DNA of 60,048 nucleotides from Candidatus Omnitrophota bacterium (GTDB taxonomy: Bacteria > Omnitrophota > Gorgyraeia > Zapsychrales > Fredricksoniimonadaceae), in contig JAYTXU010000019.1 of NCBI GenBank assembly GCA_043742785.1, forward strand, positions 1 through 60,048, written 5' to 3'. The position numbers were made by a program, and so were the translations under genes. The notes beneath the pieces were generated by a model. That model made no database searches and was not told where the DNA came from. It saw only the letters and a list, made by a program, of their open reading frames with translations. Positions 28,517-37,760 of the stretch are shown here, one piece after another. Position 1 is the first letter of the stretch. Each line of letters begins with the position of its first letter.

Positions 28517-28585
28517 TGTCATGCCCGAATGCCTTAATCGGGCATCCAGAACATGGACCCCCGATAAAAACATTCGGGGGTGACA
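28517..28585. repeat. TGTCA palindromic dimer between argB and argD
   Basis: TGTCATGCCCGAATGCCTTAATCGGGCATCCA-N5-TGGACCCCCGATAAAAACATTCGGGGGTGACA. Confidence 0.85.
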
Positions 28586-28592
28586 GTATTTG

Positions 28593-29447
28593 TTACTTAA
28601 TGATCTGTGTCCCAACCCCTTGATCTGTAAAGAATTCTAATAACAGTGCGTGAGGCATACGAGCATCAACAATGTGGGTCTTATGAACCCCTCCGCCCTT
28701 CAAGGCCTCGACGCAGGAACCGACCTTGGGAATCATTCCTCCTACAATCACACCACTTTTAATTAAATTATCAACTTCCTTAAGAGTTAATGTTGAAAGT
28801 AAGGTGCTCATATCCTTAAGATCTCGCATCACACCAGGTACATCGGTTAATAGAACAAGTTTCTCTGCCTTCATGGAATTAGCAATGGCACTAGCCACCT
28901 CATCCGCATTCACATTATGCGGCTGTTTCTCAACAGTCATTCCCATTGGAGAAACAACAGTAATATGCCCCTTAGCTAAATGCGCTTCTAAGTGTTCTTT
29001 GTTCACAGACGTAATCGTCCCAACAAATCCTAAATCTTTATCTGCCTTCTTTTTCTTCACAAAGATAATATTTTCCTGTCCCTTAAGACCTGTGACATCC
29101 CCTTTAAGCGCTTTAATTTCAGCTACAATTTTCTGATTCAATTTTTCTAATTCTTCACCAACAATTGTTAGAGTTTCTTTATCCGTCACACGAATACCAT
29201 CGACAAACTCGCTCTTTAAACCCTTTTCCTTCATACGGGCAGAAATGTGTGGTCCTCCACCGTGAACAATGATAATACGAATCCCAACATAACTTAAAAA
29301 GACAATGTCCCTTAAAACATTATGTCGAATTTTAGGATCATCCAGAATACTGCCGCCATATTTAACAACAAAAATCTTACGGCGGAATTCATTAATATAA
29401 GGAATCGCTTCAATTAAAATAGATGCTTTCTTGACAAATTCTTCCAT
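28593..29447 (-). CDS. argB: Acetylglutamate kinase
   Basis: 'VVKYGGS', 'VHGGGPHI', 'G.RVTD', 'NVNAD', 'GGMIPK'. Confidence 0.97.
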   Translation of the reverse strand: MEEFVKKASILIEAIPYINEFRRKIFVVKYGGSILDDPKIRHNVLRDIVFLSYVGIRIIIVHGGGPHISARMKEKGLKSEFVDGIRVTDKETLTIVGEELEKLNQKIVAEIKALKGDVTGLKGQENIIFVKKKKADKDLGFVGTITSVNKEHLEAHLAKGHITVVSPMGMTVEKQPHNVNADEVASAIANSMKAEKLVLLTDVPGVMRDLKDMSTLLSTLTLKEVDNLIKSGVIVGGMIPKVGSCVEALKGGGVHKTHIVDARMPHALLLEFFTDQGVGTQIIK

Positions 29448-29454
29448 AAATCCT

Positions 29455-30597
29455 TTAATTATATTCCGCGTTAATTTTTACGTAATCATAGGATAAATCA
29501 CTCGAATAAACAGTTGCCTGAGCCTTACCTAACCGAAGTTCTACTGTAATAGCAATATCTTTTTTGTCAAAAGGACTAAATAAAATTTTCATGGTATTCT
29601 CATCCACACCTTTTAAACCTAACGAACCAACCGCAGCACCCACACGTCCCCAATTAGGATTACTTCCAAAGGCAGCTGTCTTAACTAGTGCTGAGTTAGC
29701 AATAGCCTTGGCAATTTTCTTAGCTTGAATATCATTAGCTGCGCCTTTAACATTAATCGTAATAAATTTAGTTGCCCCCTCACCATCCAGAACAATCTTC
29801 TTAGCTAAATCAATACAAACAAATTCTAAAGCCTTATAAAACTTCTCAAAATCTGCTCCTTCACTGACAATCTTCTTATTGCCTGCTAAACCATTGGCTT
29901 GGATGGTTACCATATCATTAGTACTCATACAGCCATCTACGGTAATGCTATTGAATGAATGATCATTCGCCTTCTGCAATGCTTTCTTTAATAATGAAAA
30001 AGATATGGCGGCATCGGTAGTGACAAACCCAAGCATAGTCGCCATATTCGGTTCAATCATTCCAGAACCCTTAGCACAAGCGCCAATCGTAACGGTCTTT
30101 CCGCCTAAATTAATTTGCACCGCTTTTTCTTTCATCTTCAAATCCGTCGTCATAATGGCTTCTGCAAAACGACAGCCACCGCTATTAGACAAACCCTTTA
30201 CTAAATTTTCTGCTGCATTTGCAATTTTATTGTAAGGAAGCTGTTTTCCTATAATTCCTGTCGATGTTACTAGAACATCGGTCATCTTAATCTTTAACAA
30301 TTTAGCAATGAGAGCAGTAGAATCTTGAGCAACCTTCAAGCCCACAGCTCCGGTATAACAATTGGCATTTCCAGAATTAACCAAAACTGCTCGCCCCACA
30401 CCTTTTTTAATATGCTTCATAGTGACTAAAAGCGGTGCTGCTTTAATAGAATTTTTAGTAAACACCCCTGCTGTGACCGCGGATACTTCTGAAACAATAA
30501 GCCCTAAATCAGTTTTTCCTGAACGTTTAATCCCCGCTGCCACACCATTGGCTAAGAATCCTTTAGGAGAGGTCACTGATCCTTTGATAATTTTCAT
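29455..30597 (-). CDS. argJ: Bifunctional ornithine acetyltransferase / N-acetylglutamate synthase
   Basis: 'GVFT.N...AAP', 'NSGNAN', 'STGIIG', 'KGSGMIEPNMATML', 'STNDMV', 'DGEGATK', 'INAEY'. Confidence 0.97.
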   Translation of the reverse strand: MKIIKGSVTSPKGFLANGVAAGIKRSGKTDLGLIVSEVSAVTAGVFTKNSIKAAPLLVTMKHIKKGVGRAVLVNSGNANCYTGAVGLKVAQDSTALIAKLLKIKMTDVLVTSTGIIGKQLPYNKIANAAENLVKGLSNSGGCRFAEAIMTTDLKMKEKAVQINLGGKTVTIGACAKGSGMIEPNMATMLGFVTTDAAISFSLLKKALQKANDHSFNSITVDGCMSTNDMVTIQANGLAGNKKIVSEGADFEKFYKALEFVCIDLAKKIVLDGEGATKFITINVKGAANDIQAKKIAKAIANSALVKTAAFGSNPNWGRVGAAVGSLGLKGVDENTMKILFSPFDKKDIAITVELRLGKAQATVYSSDLSYDYVKINAEYN

Positions 30598-31625
30598 ATC
30601 AACCCTTCTGTCTCATTGAATCCGCACATAATATTCATATTCTGGACAGCTTGACCTGCCGCCCCTTTAACCAAATTATCAATAGCGCTTGTAATCACAA
30701 CCGTCTTCTTATCTTGACTGACAGCTAACCCAAGATCACAAAAGTTCGTATGAGTAACATTCTTAACTTCCGGCTGTGAACTAATCGGATGCACACGAAC
30801 AAAACTTTCTGTTTTATAAAACTTACTATAAAGCATATGCAATTGATTAAGGGTAATCGATGCATTCAACTGCACATAAATGGTATCCAAAATTCCTCGA
30901 TCAATCGGTAAAAGATGAGCCACAAAATGGACTGAAAGTTTTTTACCCGCTAATTGAGAAATCGTCTGATCAATCTCAGGAGCATGCTGATGACTTAAAA
31001 CTTTATAGGCCTTAAAATTTTCACTAACCTCAGAAGCAAGTAAACCTACCGAAAGCTTGCGCCCTGCCCCTGAAACTCCAGATTTAGCATCTACAATAAT
31101 TGACGTAATCAATTTTGAATGTGTCGCAACCAAAGGAGCTAAACCAAGGACAGCCGCAGTCGGATAACAGCCAGGATTAGCTATCAAAGAAGCTTTTTTA
31201 ATTTTTTGTCGATAAAGTTCCGGCAAGCCATAAACAGCTTTAGCAATATTCTTAGAATCGGTATGTTTATGCAAATACCAAGCTTCATAAGTCTTAGTAT
31301 TCTTAAGCCGATAATCTGCGCTTAAATCTATAACCTTAAGACCAGCTTTAAGCAAAACTCCTACCACCTTCATCGATTCCGTGTGAGGAAGCGCTAGAAA
31401 AACAATATCACAGTTTTTAACAACATCTTTAATCGCAAACTTTTGACAAATCAGGCTAGTACGATTAAGAAATTCTGGCCAAATGGCAGCAACCGGCCCC
31501 GTGGTATTTTGGGCTGCTACATAATTAACCCTAACCTTTGAATGATTAAGAAGAAGAGAAAAAACCTCTTTTCCCGTATACCCGCTTAATCCTATCACTG
31601 CACATCGCATCATATCTGTATTCAT
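30594..31625 (-). CDS. argC: N-acetyl-gamma-glutamyl-phosphate reductase
   Basis: 'FLALPH', 'DLSADYRL', 'YGLPE', 'ANPGCYPT', 'SGVSGAGR', 'DNLVKGAAGQAVQNMN'. Confidence 0.98.
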   Translation of the reverse strand: MNTDMMRCAVIGLSGYTGKEVFSLLLNHSKVRVNYVAAQNTTGPVAAIWPEFLNRTSLICQKFAIKDVVKNCDIVFLALPHTESMKVVGVLLKAGLKVIDLSADYRLKNTKTYEAWYLHKHTDSKNIAKAVYGLPELYRQKIKKASLIANPGCYPTAAVLGLAPLVATHSKLITSIIVDAKSGVSGAGRKLSVGLLASEVSENFKAYKVLSHQHAPEIDQTISQLAGKKLSVHFVAHLLPIDRGILDTIYVQLNASITLNQLHMLYSKFYKTESFVRVHPISSQPEVKNVTHTNFCDLGLAVSQDKKTVVITSAIDNLVKGAAGQAVQNMNIMCGFNETEGLI

Positions 31626-31660
31626 ATTATCTCCGTCGGAAAATAAATACTATAAATAAA

Positions 31661-31703
31661 AAAGCCTATCTCGTCAACGCATTTATGAAGGGAGATAGGC
31701 TTT
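31661..31703 (-). terminator. Intrinsic terminator after rpsI
   Basis: 12-bp stem AAAGCCTATCTC/GAGATAGGCTTT with a T-tract on the minus strand. Confidence 0.75.
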
Positions 31704-31727
31704 CTTAAAATTTTGTTTTTTATTAGG

Positions 31728-32123
31728 TTACCGCTTAACCCATTGGAACTTACGACGCGCCCCCTTCTGTCCTGGCTTCTTTCTTTCTTTCATTCTATCG
31801 TCTCTAGTCAAGCAGCCAGCTTTTTTAAGCACACCACGAGTTAAAGGGTCGCAAGAAATGAGTGCACGTGAAAGACCTAATCGAAATGCTCCTGCCTGAC
31901 CGGTTGAACCGCCACCAGTCACACGAACAGCAACATCGAATTTCTTTTCTAAATTTGTTAATTTCAAAGGAGTCATAATAGTTAGTCGATCAGTTTCGCG
32001 AGGAAAATAATCATTAAATCCGCGCTTATTGACAAAAATATTTCCCTCTCCCGGAGTTAGAACAACTCGGGCTACGGAGCTTTTACGACGACCTGTACCT
32101 GAATATTTAACGACTTCGACCAT
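31728..32123 (-). CDS. rpsI: 30S ribosomal protein S9
   Basis: '[12 protein letters not shown]', '[10 protein letters not shown]', '[12 protein letters not shown]...QWVKR'. Confidence 0.99.
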   Translation of the reverse strand: MVEVVKYSGTGRRKSSVARVVLTPGEGNIFVNKRGFNDYFPRETDRLTIMTPLKLTNLEKKFDVAVRVTGGGSTGQAGAFRLGLSRALISCDPLTRGVLKKAGCLTRDDRMKERKKPGQKGARRKFQWVKR

Positions 32124-32144
32124 TTCTCTAATTTCTCCTTAAAT

Positions 32145-32173
32145 GTACAGGAGGATTTAAAATCCTCCCCTAC
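32145..32173 (-). repeat. GTAG-tagged REP-like palindrome between rplM and rpsI
   Basis: Minus strand GTAGGGGAGGATTTTAAATCCTCCTGTAC. Confidence 0.75.
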
Positions 32174-32175
32174 TA

Positions 32176-32604
32176 TTAAACTTCTAAAACTATTGGCTTC
32201 TGAGCTGCATGAGGATGTTTATCATCTGCATAAACCCTTAATTTACCTTTTTGCTTATATCCTAAAGCACCGTTTGGAATCATACGGGTAACAGCAAGTT
32301 CAATCACAGTGGTTGGGCTTTTAGCTAACATATCTCCCAAAACAACTGTCCTATAACCGCTAGGATAACCAGTATAACGATCTTGAATTTTATCAGTCAA
32401 TTTCTTACCAGTCACACGCACTTTAGAAGCATTGATAATCACCACCGTATCACCACAATCAAAGAAAGGTGTATACGTGCGTTTATGTTTGCCGCGCAAA
32501 ATAGTAGCTGCTTTGGTTGCGATACGCCCTAAAACCTTATCCGTAGCATCGATAAGATAACATTTTGTTTCAAGTTCATCAACTTTAGGTAGAAATGTTT
32601 TCAT
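32176..32604 (-). CDS. rplM: 50S ribosomal protein L13
   Basis: 'IDA..KVLGRIA', 'LRGKHK..YTP..DCGD.V.IINA', 'HPHAAQKP'. Confidence 0.99.
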   Translation of the reverse strand: MKTFLPKVDELETKCYLIDATDKVLGRIATKAATILRGKHKRTYTPFFDCGDTVVIINASKVRVTGKKLTDKIQDRYTGYPSGYRTVVLGDMLAKSPTTVIELAVTRMIPNGALGYKQKGKLRVYADDKHPHAAQKPIVLEV

Positions 32605-32671
32605 GACTGACTGCCTTTAAAATATTTTAATAAGCTTATGCCTTCAACTCTGGCAAATTTAAGAATGTTAA

Positions 32672-32699
32672 AATATAGCATTTTTCGAAATAATGTCAA
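32672..32699 (-). promoter_or_regulatory. rplM-rpsI promoter
   Basis: TTGACA, N16, TATATT with an upstream TG. Confidence 0.65.
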
Positions 32700-32723
32700 T
32701 ATTTTATTTCCACAATCATTGAT

Positions 32724-34004
32724 CTATACAAACTCACCTTTTAAACACAATCCATCAATGCTTTGAAGCTTGACCGGGATAATTTGATTCATAAAATCTC
32801 CTGAAGCTTTAACCTTAACCCGTACATAATTATCCGTTAAGCCAATTTGAAAATCTTCTTTAACGTCTTCTATGAGAATCGTCTGCGTCGTCCCTAAAAG
32901 AGATTCATAAAACATGCGGCGTTTACGGGCTGATAATTCATGCAGAATCTGACTGCGTTGAGTTATAACTGAAGATTTCACCGCATCACCACGCATACGG
33001 CTTTTGGCCATATGCCGCTCAGAATAACTAAACACATGCACATAATCGATAGGCTCTTCCCTAATAAGATCCATTGTTTCATCAAAATGTTTGTCTGTCT
33101 CTCCTGGAAAACCTACAATCACATCCGTTCCGATACAAATTTGCGAGACCTTCCTATCAGCATCACGAATAAAATTAATAAATCCAGACCTGCTGTATTT
33201 ACGTTTCATTTCAACGAGAACATCATCCGAACCGCTTTGCAAAGGGATATGCAGATAGCGACACAATTTCCCATGCCCCATATAATCAAACAACTCTCTT
33301 GGTATAGTAGTTGGTTCAATTGAAGAAATACGAATACGCTTTAATTCTTCCACCTCTTGCATCTTGGTAATCACATCCAATAAAGACTTTCCTTCATTAG
33401 CATAGGTGCCAATATTGATGCCTGTTAAGACAATCTCTTTGTGTCCAGCTGCAGCTAAAGCTCTTACTTCCAGGAGAACATCTTCAAACACACGGCTTCG
33501 CGCCCGACCACGAGCGTAAGGAATTTCACAAAAAGAACAAAAGAAATCGCAGCCATCTTGAATTTTAATATTGGCTCTTTTATGTTTATCGTAATCAATA
33601 GAAGCTATGGGCTGTGTAAAGGGCTCACGTTCAATAGTAGGCGTCACCACTGTTGGGGCAATTGGATTAGGATATTCATTAAAAACAGCCACTAGATCCA
33701 TTTTGCGACTGTTCCCCACAATCCAACGCACATTAGGTAATACCGAAAGTAATTCTTTCTGCACCTGTGCCTGACATCCGATCAAAGCAATACGTGCCAG
33801 AGGATTTTGACGATTCACCTTGTTAACCAAACGACGAGTATCAGCATCTCCACCTTCGGTCACTGTACAAGTATTAATGACCACAATATCGGAAAGCTTA
33901 TCAAAATCAACGACCGTATAGCCATTGGCTTCAAAAGAGTTTTGAATCGATGCCGTCTCGCTTTGATTCAAACGGCAACCTAAAGTATAAAATGATATTT
34001 TCAT
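32724..34004 (-). CDS. mtaB: tRNA t6A methylthiotransferase (radical SAM)
   Basis: 'TLGCRLNQSE', 'INTCTVT', CxxxCxxC 'QDGCDFFCSFC', 'LQSGSD', 'IVGFPGET', 'TDNY'. Confidence 0.9.
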   Translation of the reverse strand: MKISFYTLGCRLNQSETASIQNSFEANGYTVVDFDKLSDIVVINTCTVTEGGDADTRRLVNKVNRQNPLARIALIGCQAQVQKELLSVLPNVRWIVGNSRKMDLVAVFNEYPNPIAPTVVTPTIEREPFTQPIASIDYDKHKRANIKIQDGCDFFCSFCEIPYARGRARSRVFEDVLLEVRALAAAGHKEIVLTGINIGTYANEGKSLLDVITKMQEVEELKRIRISSIEPTTIPRELFDYMGHGKLCRYLHIPLQSGSDDVLVEMKRKYSRSGFINFIRDADRKVSQICIGTDVIVGFPGETDKHFDETMDLIREEPIDYVHVFSYSERHMAKSRMRGDAVKSSVITQRSQILHELSARKRRMFYESLLGTTQTILIEDVKEDFQIGLTDNYVRVKVKASGDFMNQIIPVKLQSIDGLCLKGEFV

Positions 34005-34010
34005 AATTAT

Positions 34011-34095
34011 TGCAGCGGATCCTGTCCTTCGGGTTTCCCCATCGTACTCGTTACCTGCGCGCGATGGGGAGCCCCTCCCTCAACTACCCGCTGCA
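34011..34095. repeat. 85-nt GC-rich structured intergenic element (MITE-like repeat or ncRNA candidate)
   Basis: Terminal IR TGCAGCGG/CCGCTGCA; inner stem TCCCCATCG/CGATGGGGA; cUUCGg motif. Confidence 0.55.
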
Positions 34096-34099
34096 GACA

Positions 34100-35068
34100 T
34101 TATCCTTTTAATTCCGATAAATGTTTGATGCGTTTAAGCATATTGGGATGCGTACTTAAGAATTCCATCAGCTTCTCACTGGTAGAAAGATTCAACTGTT
34201 TATTGCGCAACCGGAATAATTCATTGCTATCAATGGTTCCGCTTTTATCGGTGTCCAATTCAGATAACTCACGGATTTCATTCATGGCTTGCGAAGGGTC
34301 GTTAATAAAAAAGGCCTTCATCCCTTGGACATTCTTCATATCCTCGGTATTAGCCATTCGCGCTGAACCATAAACCAATTTATATAGTGCTGATGCTAGT
34401 GCAGAGGGCTTATTGCCTAGCTCCACCGATCCTTTATCCGCATAATACTCACGGATACGTGAGCCATAGAGAACCAAAAGATTGGTGATAAAATAAAACA
34501 AAAATGCCGCTAACCCTAACATCATACCACTTGGAGCATTACGATCATCACGGCGTCCAGAGCCACTCCACATCAAATGCCAAGCTAGACGATACATAAT
34601 CATGGGGACTACCGATAACAACGTAATTGTAATCACATCCCGATTCTTAATATGTGTTAACTCGTGACCTAACACTGCCCTAAGCTCTTCCTCATTTAAG
34701 AGTTTCAAAATCCCTTCACATACGCAAACACGTCCGTCATTGATACCTCGCCCAAAGGCAAAGGCATTGGGTACTCCGCTTTTTGAAATACAAACACGCG
34801 GCATGGGAATATTAGCCCGCTTCGCTAAATCTTCTATCATGACATAAAGCTTAGGATTATCTTCCCTTTTGATATAACACAGCTGCATGGTCCATTCCAA
34901 GATCTTAGGCCCAATCATAAACTGAAACCACATCATGCCTAAAGAAATAATGAAGTAAAAATGAAAATCATTAACTCCGGCCGCTGTTCCAATCATCACA
35001 ACCACGGCATAGATGATGGCAAACATAGCCGCCACTAAAAGCATCATTCGTGTTTGTAAAGAAAACAT
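34100..35068 (-). CDS. htpX: Zinc metalloprotease HtpX (M48) with an EF-hand-like loop
   Basis: 'PNAFAFG', 'GHELTHIKNRD', 'SRIREYYAD', 'LSTHP...KRI'; four TM segments. Confidence 0.92.
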   Translation of the reverse strand: MFSLQTRMMLLVAAMFAIIYAVVVMIGTAAGVNDFHFYFIISLGMMWFQFMIGPKILEWTMQLCYIKREDNPKLYVMIEDLAKRANIPMPRVCISKSGVPNAFAFGRGINDGRVCVCEGILKLLNEEELRAVLGHELTHIKNRDVITITLLSVVPMIMYRLAWHLMWSGSGRRDDRNAPSGMMLGLAAFLFYFITNLLVLYGSRIREYYADKGSVELGNKPSALASALYKLVYGSARMANTEDMKNVQGMKAFFINDPSQAMNEIRELSELDTDKSGTIDSNELFRLRNKQLNLSTSEKLMEFLSTHPNMLKRIKHLSELKG

Positions 35069-35123
35069 ATTGACCCTCCTTGAGAAAGACTAATTTCCTG
35101 TAGCACTATGTAGGCACTATCTC

Positions 35124-35477
35124 TTATTTTACAAAAACCAATAACATCCACCCAACCAAAAATGACAACCCACCCAGTGGCGTAATTGCTCCCAACCACT
35201 TGATTCCAGTGATCGATAAGACATAAAGGCTGCCGCTAAATATTATAATTCCAAGCACCATGAAAATGCCCGCCAGATTGACCTTGGGGTCTTGGCTGAT
35301 GGTTGAGACCCAAGCTACCACAAACAAACCCAGAGCATGAATAAAATGATACAAGACACCCGTTTTATAAACATCCAAATAATAATCAGAAATCTTGCCA
35401 CGCAAAGCATGAGAACCAAAGGCTCCCAGAACAACTCCGAAAAACATCAACACTGAAGCAATCTTAATCCAAACCAT
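35124..35477 (-). CDS. DUF423 (YwdK/TMEM256-like) membrane protein
   Basis: 'GAFGSHAL', 'YHFIHAL', 'G..IFSGSLY.L', 'LGAITPLGG'. Confidence 0.9.
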   Translation of the reverse strand: MVWIKIASVLMFFGVVLGAFGSHALRGKISDYYLDVYKTGVLYHFIHALGLFVVAWVSTISQDPKVNLAGIFMVLGIIIFSGSLYVLSITGIKWLGAITPLGGLSFLVGWMLLVFVK

Positions 35478-36720
35478 AACTATTCTCCTTAATCCATTGC
35501 AGTGCTTGGCTCAAACCATCACAAGTTGCCTTAGTTCTTAAATCCATATGCTTATCCCCTGAACTACCATGCTTTAAATAAGCCTCTATCAGACGCGCAT
35601 TATCAACAGCTTTTGGATGCTCAATTCTTTGTTCTACATCGATTCCAGCAACGATACCTATGGTCATTTCATGGCGTTGATACTGCCCGTCTTTAAGCCT
35701 GGCTGAAAGCAAGATTTTGACCGGCCTAAGCAATGGAAAAGCCATTGTACCTTCAATACCGTTTCTAACAATGACAATTCCTTTAAACCCAGAGCGTTCA
35801 GCAATAGTCCGCATCTTCTCCCCGTAGGGAGGATGAAAAGCAGAAGCAATAAGAATATCAGCTTGAGCGGGATTGACAAATCGCTCTAAGGTAGATAAAA
35901 ACGGTCTCTTGATGGTCTGATGCCGTAAAGCGACCCAACGGTCTAAAGCCTCCGACATATCCGACTGATGAAAAAACAAACCCATACGCGTCGCTGGATT
36001 AGCTAAATCATGATTACCAACCGCCGCTTTCTCATCCAACGCTTGGGAAATATCCCAGAGATTCATTTCAAACTTTGGCCCGCTATTTTTACCAACCATA
36101 TGTATCACACGATACCCTAACGATTGAATATATTGACCAACTAAAGGCGTGATCATATAGGAATGATCGACTCCATCAAAAGGCTCCGCTAACTGTACAA
36201 TGGGCTTTCCTGCTGGTGGTAGAGTTTTAAAACCTGGCTTCAAGCTTTCTTGAATTGCCATCAGAATGCCTTCATACTCATCATCAGTCTCATAACGCAC
36301 ACGAAGAAAGCTAGCCACCAAACCCCTAGCTCCATCGCCTAGTTGGTCAGAAAATAAGAATTTACCTAAGTCATAAGCAGTTTTTTTATCCAAGGTTTGA
36401 CCGTTTAATAACTGCACGCAAATCCAGCGGACAAAATCAGGAGCATCAGCGGCAATACTATTCACTAGTTTTTGTGGATCTTCAAATACGCCAGGAGCAA
36501 AAGCCTCAGCTAAAATTTCTTCCTGAGGCTCAAGACCCTTAGCCAATAGCCCTGCTAGAAAAGCTCCGCCAGCCGCAGGTGAAACCCTACCTGATTTAAA
36601 ATCTTCAAGAATTTCACGGGCTAAATCTTCACTTAAAGCTTTGCTTCCTTTTTTTCCAACACCAACGGTCTTAATTCCCCGTCTTATAGCAGCTTCTTGT
36701 GGGTCAAGAATAATAGGCAT
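35464..36720 (-). CDS. Anthranilate phosphoribosyltransferase-like (GT3/YbiB-like) protein
   Basis: N-terminal 'IKTVGVGKKGSKALS', 'GAFLAGL', 'EPFDG', 'GPKF', 'AFHPPY', 'G.EGT'; no trp context. Confidence 0.55.
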   Translation of the reverse strand: MPIILDPQEAAIRRGIKTVGVGKKGSKALSEDLAREILEDFKSGRVSPAAGGAFLAGLLAKGLEPQEEILAEAFAPGVFEDPQKLVNSIAADAPDFVRWICVQLLNGQTLDKKTAYDLGKFLFSDQLGDGARGLVASFLRVRYETDDEYEGILMAIQESLKPGFKTLPPAGKPIVQLAEPFDGVDHSYMITPLVGQYIQSLGYRVIHMVGKNSGPKFEMNLWDISQALDEKAAVGNHDLANPATRMGLFFHQSDMSEALDRWVALRHQTIKRPFLSTLERFVNPAQADILIASAFHPPYGEKMRTIAERSGFKGIVIVRNGIEGTMAFPLLRPVKILLSARLKDGQYQRHEMTIGIVAGIDVEQRIEHPKAVDNARLIEAYLKHGSSGDKHMDLRTKATCDGLSQALQWIKENSYGLD

Positions 36721-36727
36721 GGGCGCT

Positions 36728-36767
36728 ATTATACTTAATTTGCATAAAAAGTAAATTTAGATATAAT
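36728..36767. promoter_or_regulatory. Overlapping divergent promoters, probably leaderless
   Basis: Plus: TTGCAT-N16-TATAAT, 9 nt before the dusB ATG. Minus: TTTACT-N16-TATAAT, 7 nt before ATG 36720. Neither gene has an SD. Confidence 0.55.
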
Positions 36768-36776
36768 GGGGCACTT

Positions 36777-37760
36777 ATGAAGATAGGCAATATTGAACTC
36801 AATCAGCCTTTGTCTCTTGCCCCCATGGAAGACGTTACCGAACTTCCCTTCCGCTTGATTTGCAAGCGTTTAGGCGCGGATTTGGTGTACACAGAATTTA
36901 CGGCTTCTGAAGCGCTCATTCGTGAAGTCCCCAAAGCTTTACACAAAATTGAAATTTGTGATGAAGAAAGACCCGTCGCTATTCAAATCTTTGGTGGACG
37001 GCCAGAAGCCATGGAAGGTGCTGCTCAAATTATCGAGCGATTCAAACCAGATTTTATTGATATCAATTGCGGCTGTTGGGTTAAAAATCATGTGGCTCGC
37101 AATGAAGGCGCCGGTCTTTTGCGCGATCTTCCCTTATTTGAAAAAATTGTTAAATCCACCGTCAAAGCAACTAAACTTCCTGTCACTGTGAAAACCCGTC
37201 TAGGCTGGGACAGTCAAAGTATCGTTATCCTGGATGTTGCAAAAATGGTAGAACAAGCAGGAGCTCAGGCGCTGACCTTGCATTGCCGCACCCGAGATCA
37301 AGCCCATAATGGTTTTGCGGACTGGGCATGGCTTGAAAAAATTAAGAAAGTGATCTCTATTCCTGTCTTTGGTAATGGGGACGTTACCACCCCTGAAGAT
37401 GTAAAAGCCATGCTAGAAACCGGCTGTGATGGGGTAATGATCGGCCGCGGTGCTATTGCCAATCCCTGGATTTTTAAACAAACCAAATATTATTTAAAAA
37501 CAGGAGAACATCTGCCTGAGCCCGGCATCGAAGAAAGAATTCAAATCTGTTTAGAGCACTTAAAATTAAATGTACAATTCAAGGACGAGAAATACGGCGT
37601 ACAGACCTTTCGTAAACATTACACAGGATATTTAAAAGGCCTCCCTAATGTTGGGGCCGTCCGCAGCGATTTAATGCAATACACAGAATTAAACCAAGTG
37701 ATTCAACGTTTAGCTCAATATATGGAAAGCACTCAATATGACTCCCTTAAAAAAATTTGA
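36777..37760 (+). CDS. dusB: tRNA-dihydrouridine synthase B
   Basis: 'LAPMEDVT..PFR', 'IDINCGC', 'PVTVKTRLGWD', 'GNGDV', 'GVMIGRGA..NPW.F', 'RKH'. Confidence 0.93.
   Translation: MKIGNIELNQPLSLAPMEDVTELPFRLICKRLGADLVYTEFTASEALIREVPKALHKIEICDEERPVAIQIFGGRPEAMEGAAQIIERFKPDFIDINCGCWVKNHVARNEGAGLLRDLPLFEKIVKSTVKATKLPVTVKTRLGWDSQSIVILDVAKMVEQAGAQALTLHCRTRDQAHNGFADWAWLEKIKKVISIPVFGNGDVTTPEDVKAMLETGCDGVMIGRGAIANPWIFKQTKYYLKTGEHLPEPGIEERIQICLEHLKLNVQFKDEKYGVQTFRKHYTGYLKGLPNVGAVRSDLMQYTELNQVIQRLAQYMESTQYDSLKKI

Noticed and set aside
34011-34095. Known riboswitch (SAM, cobalamin, c-di-GMP, preQ1) upstream of mtaB
   Set aside because: Conserved core motifs were not found by eye; kept only as an unclassified structured element
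35096-35120. Short tandem TGTAGCACTA/TGTAGGCACTA between DUF423 and htpX
   Set aside because: Too short and degenerate to assign to a repeat family
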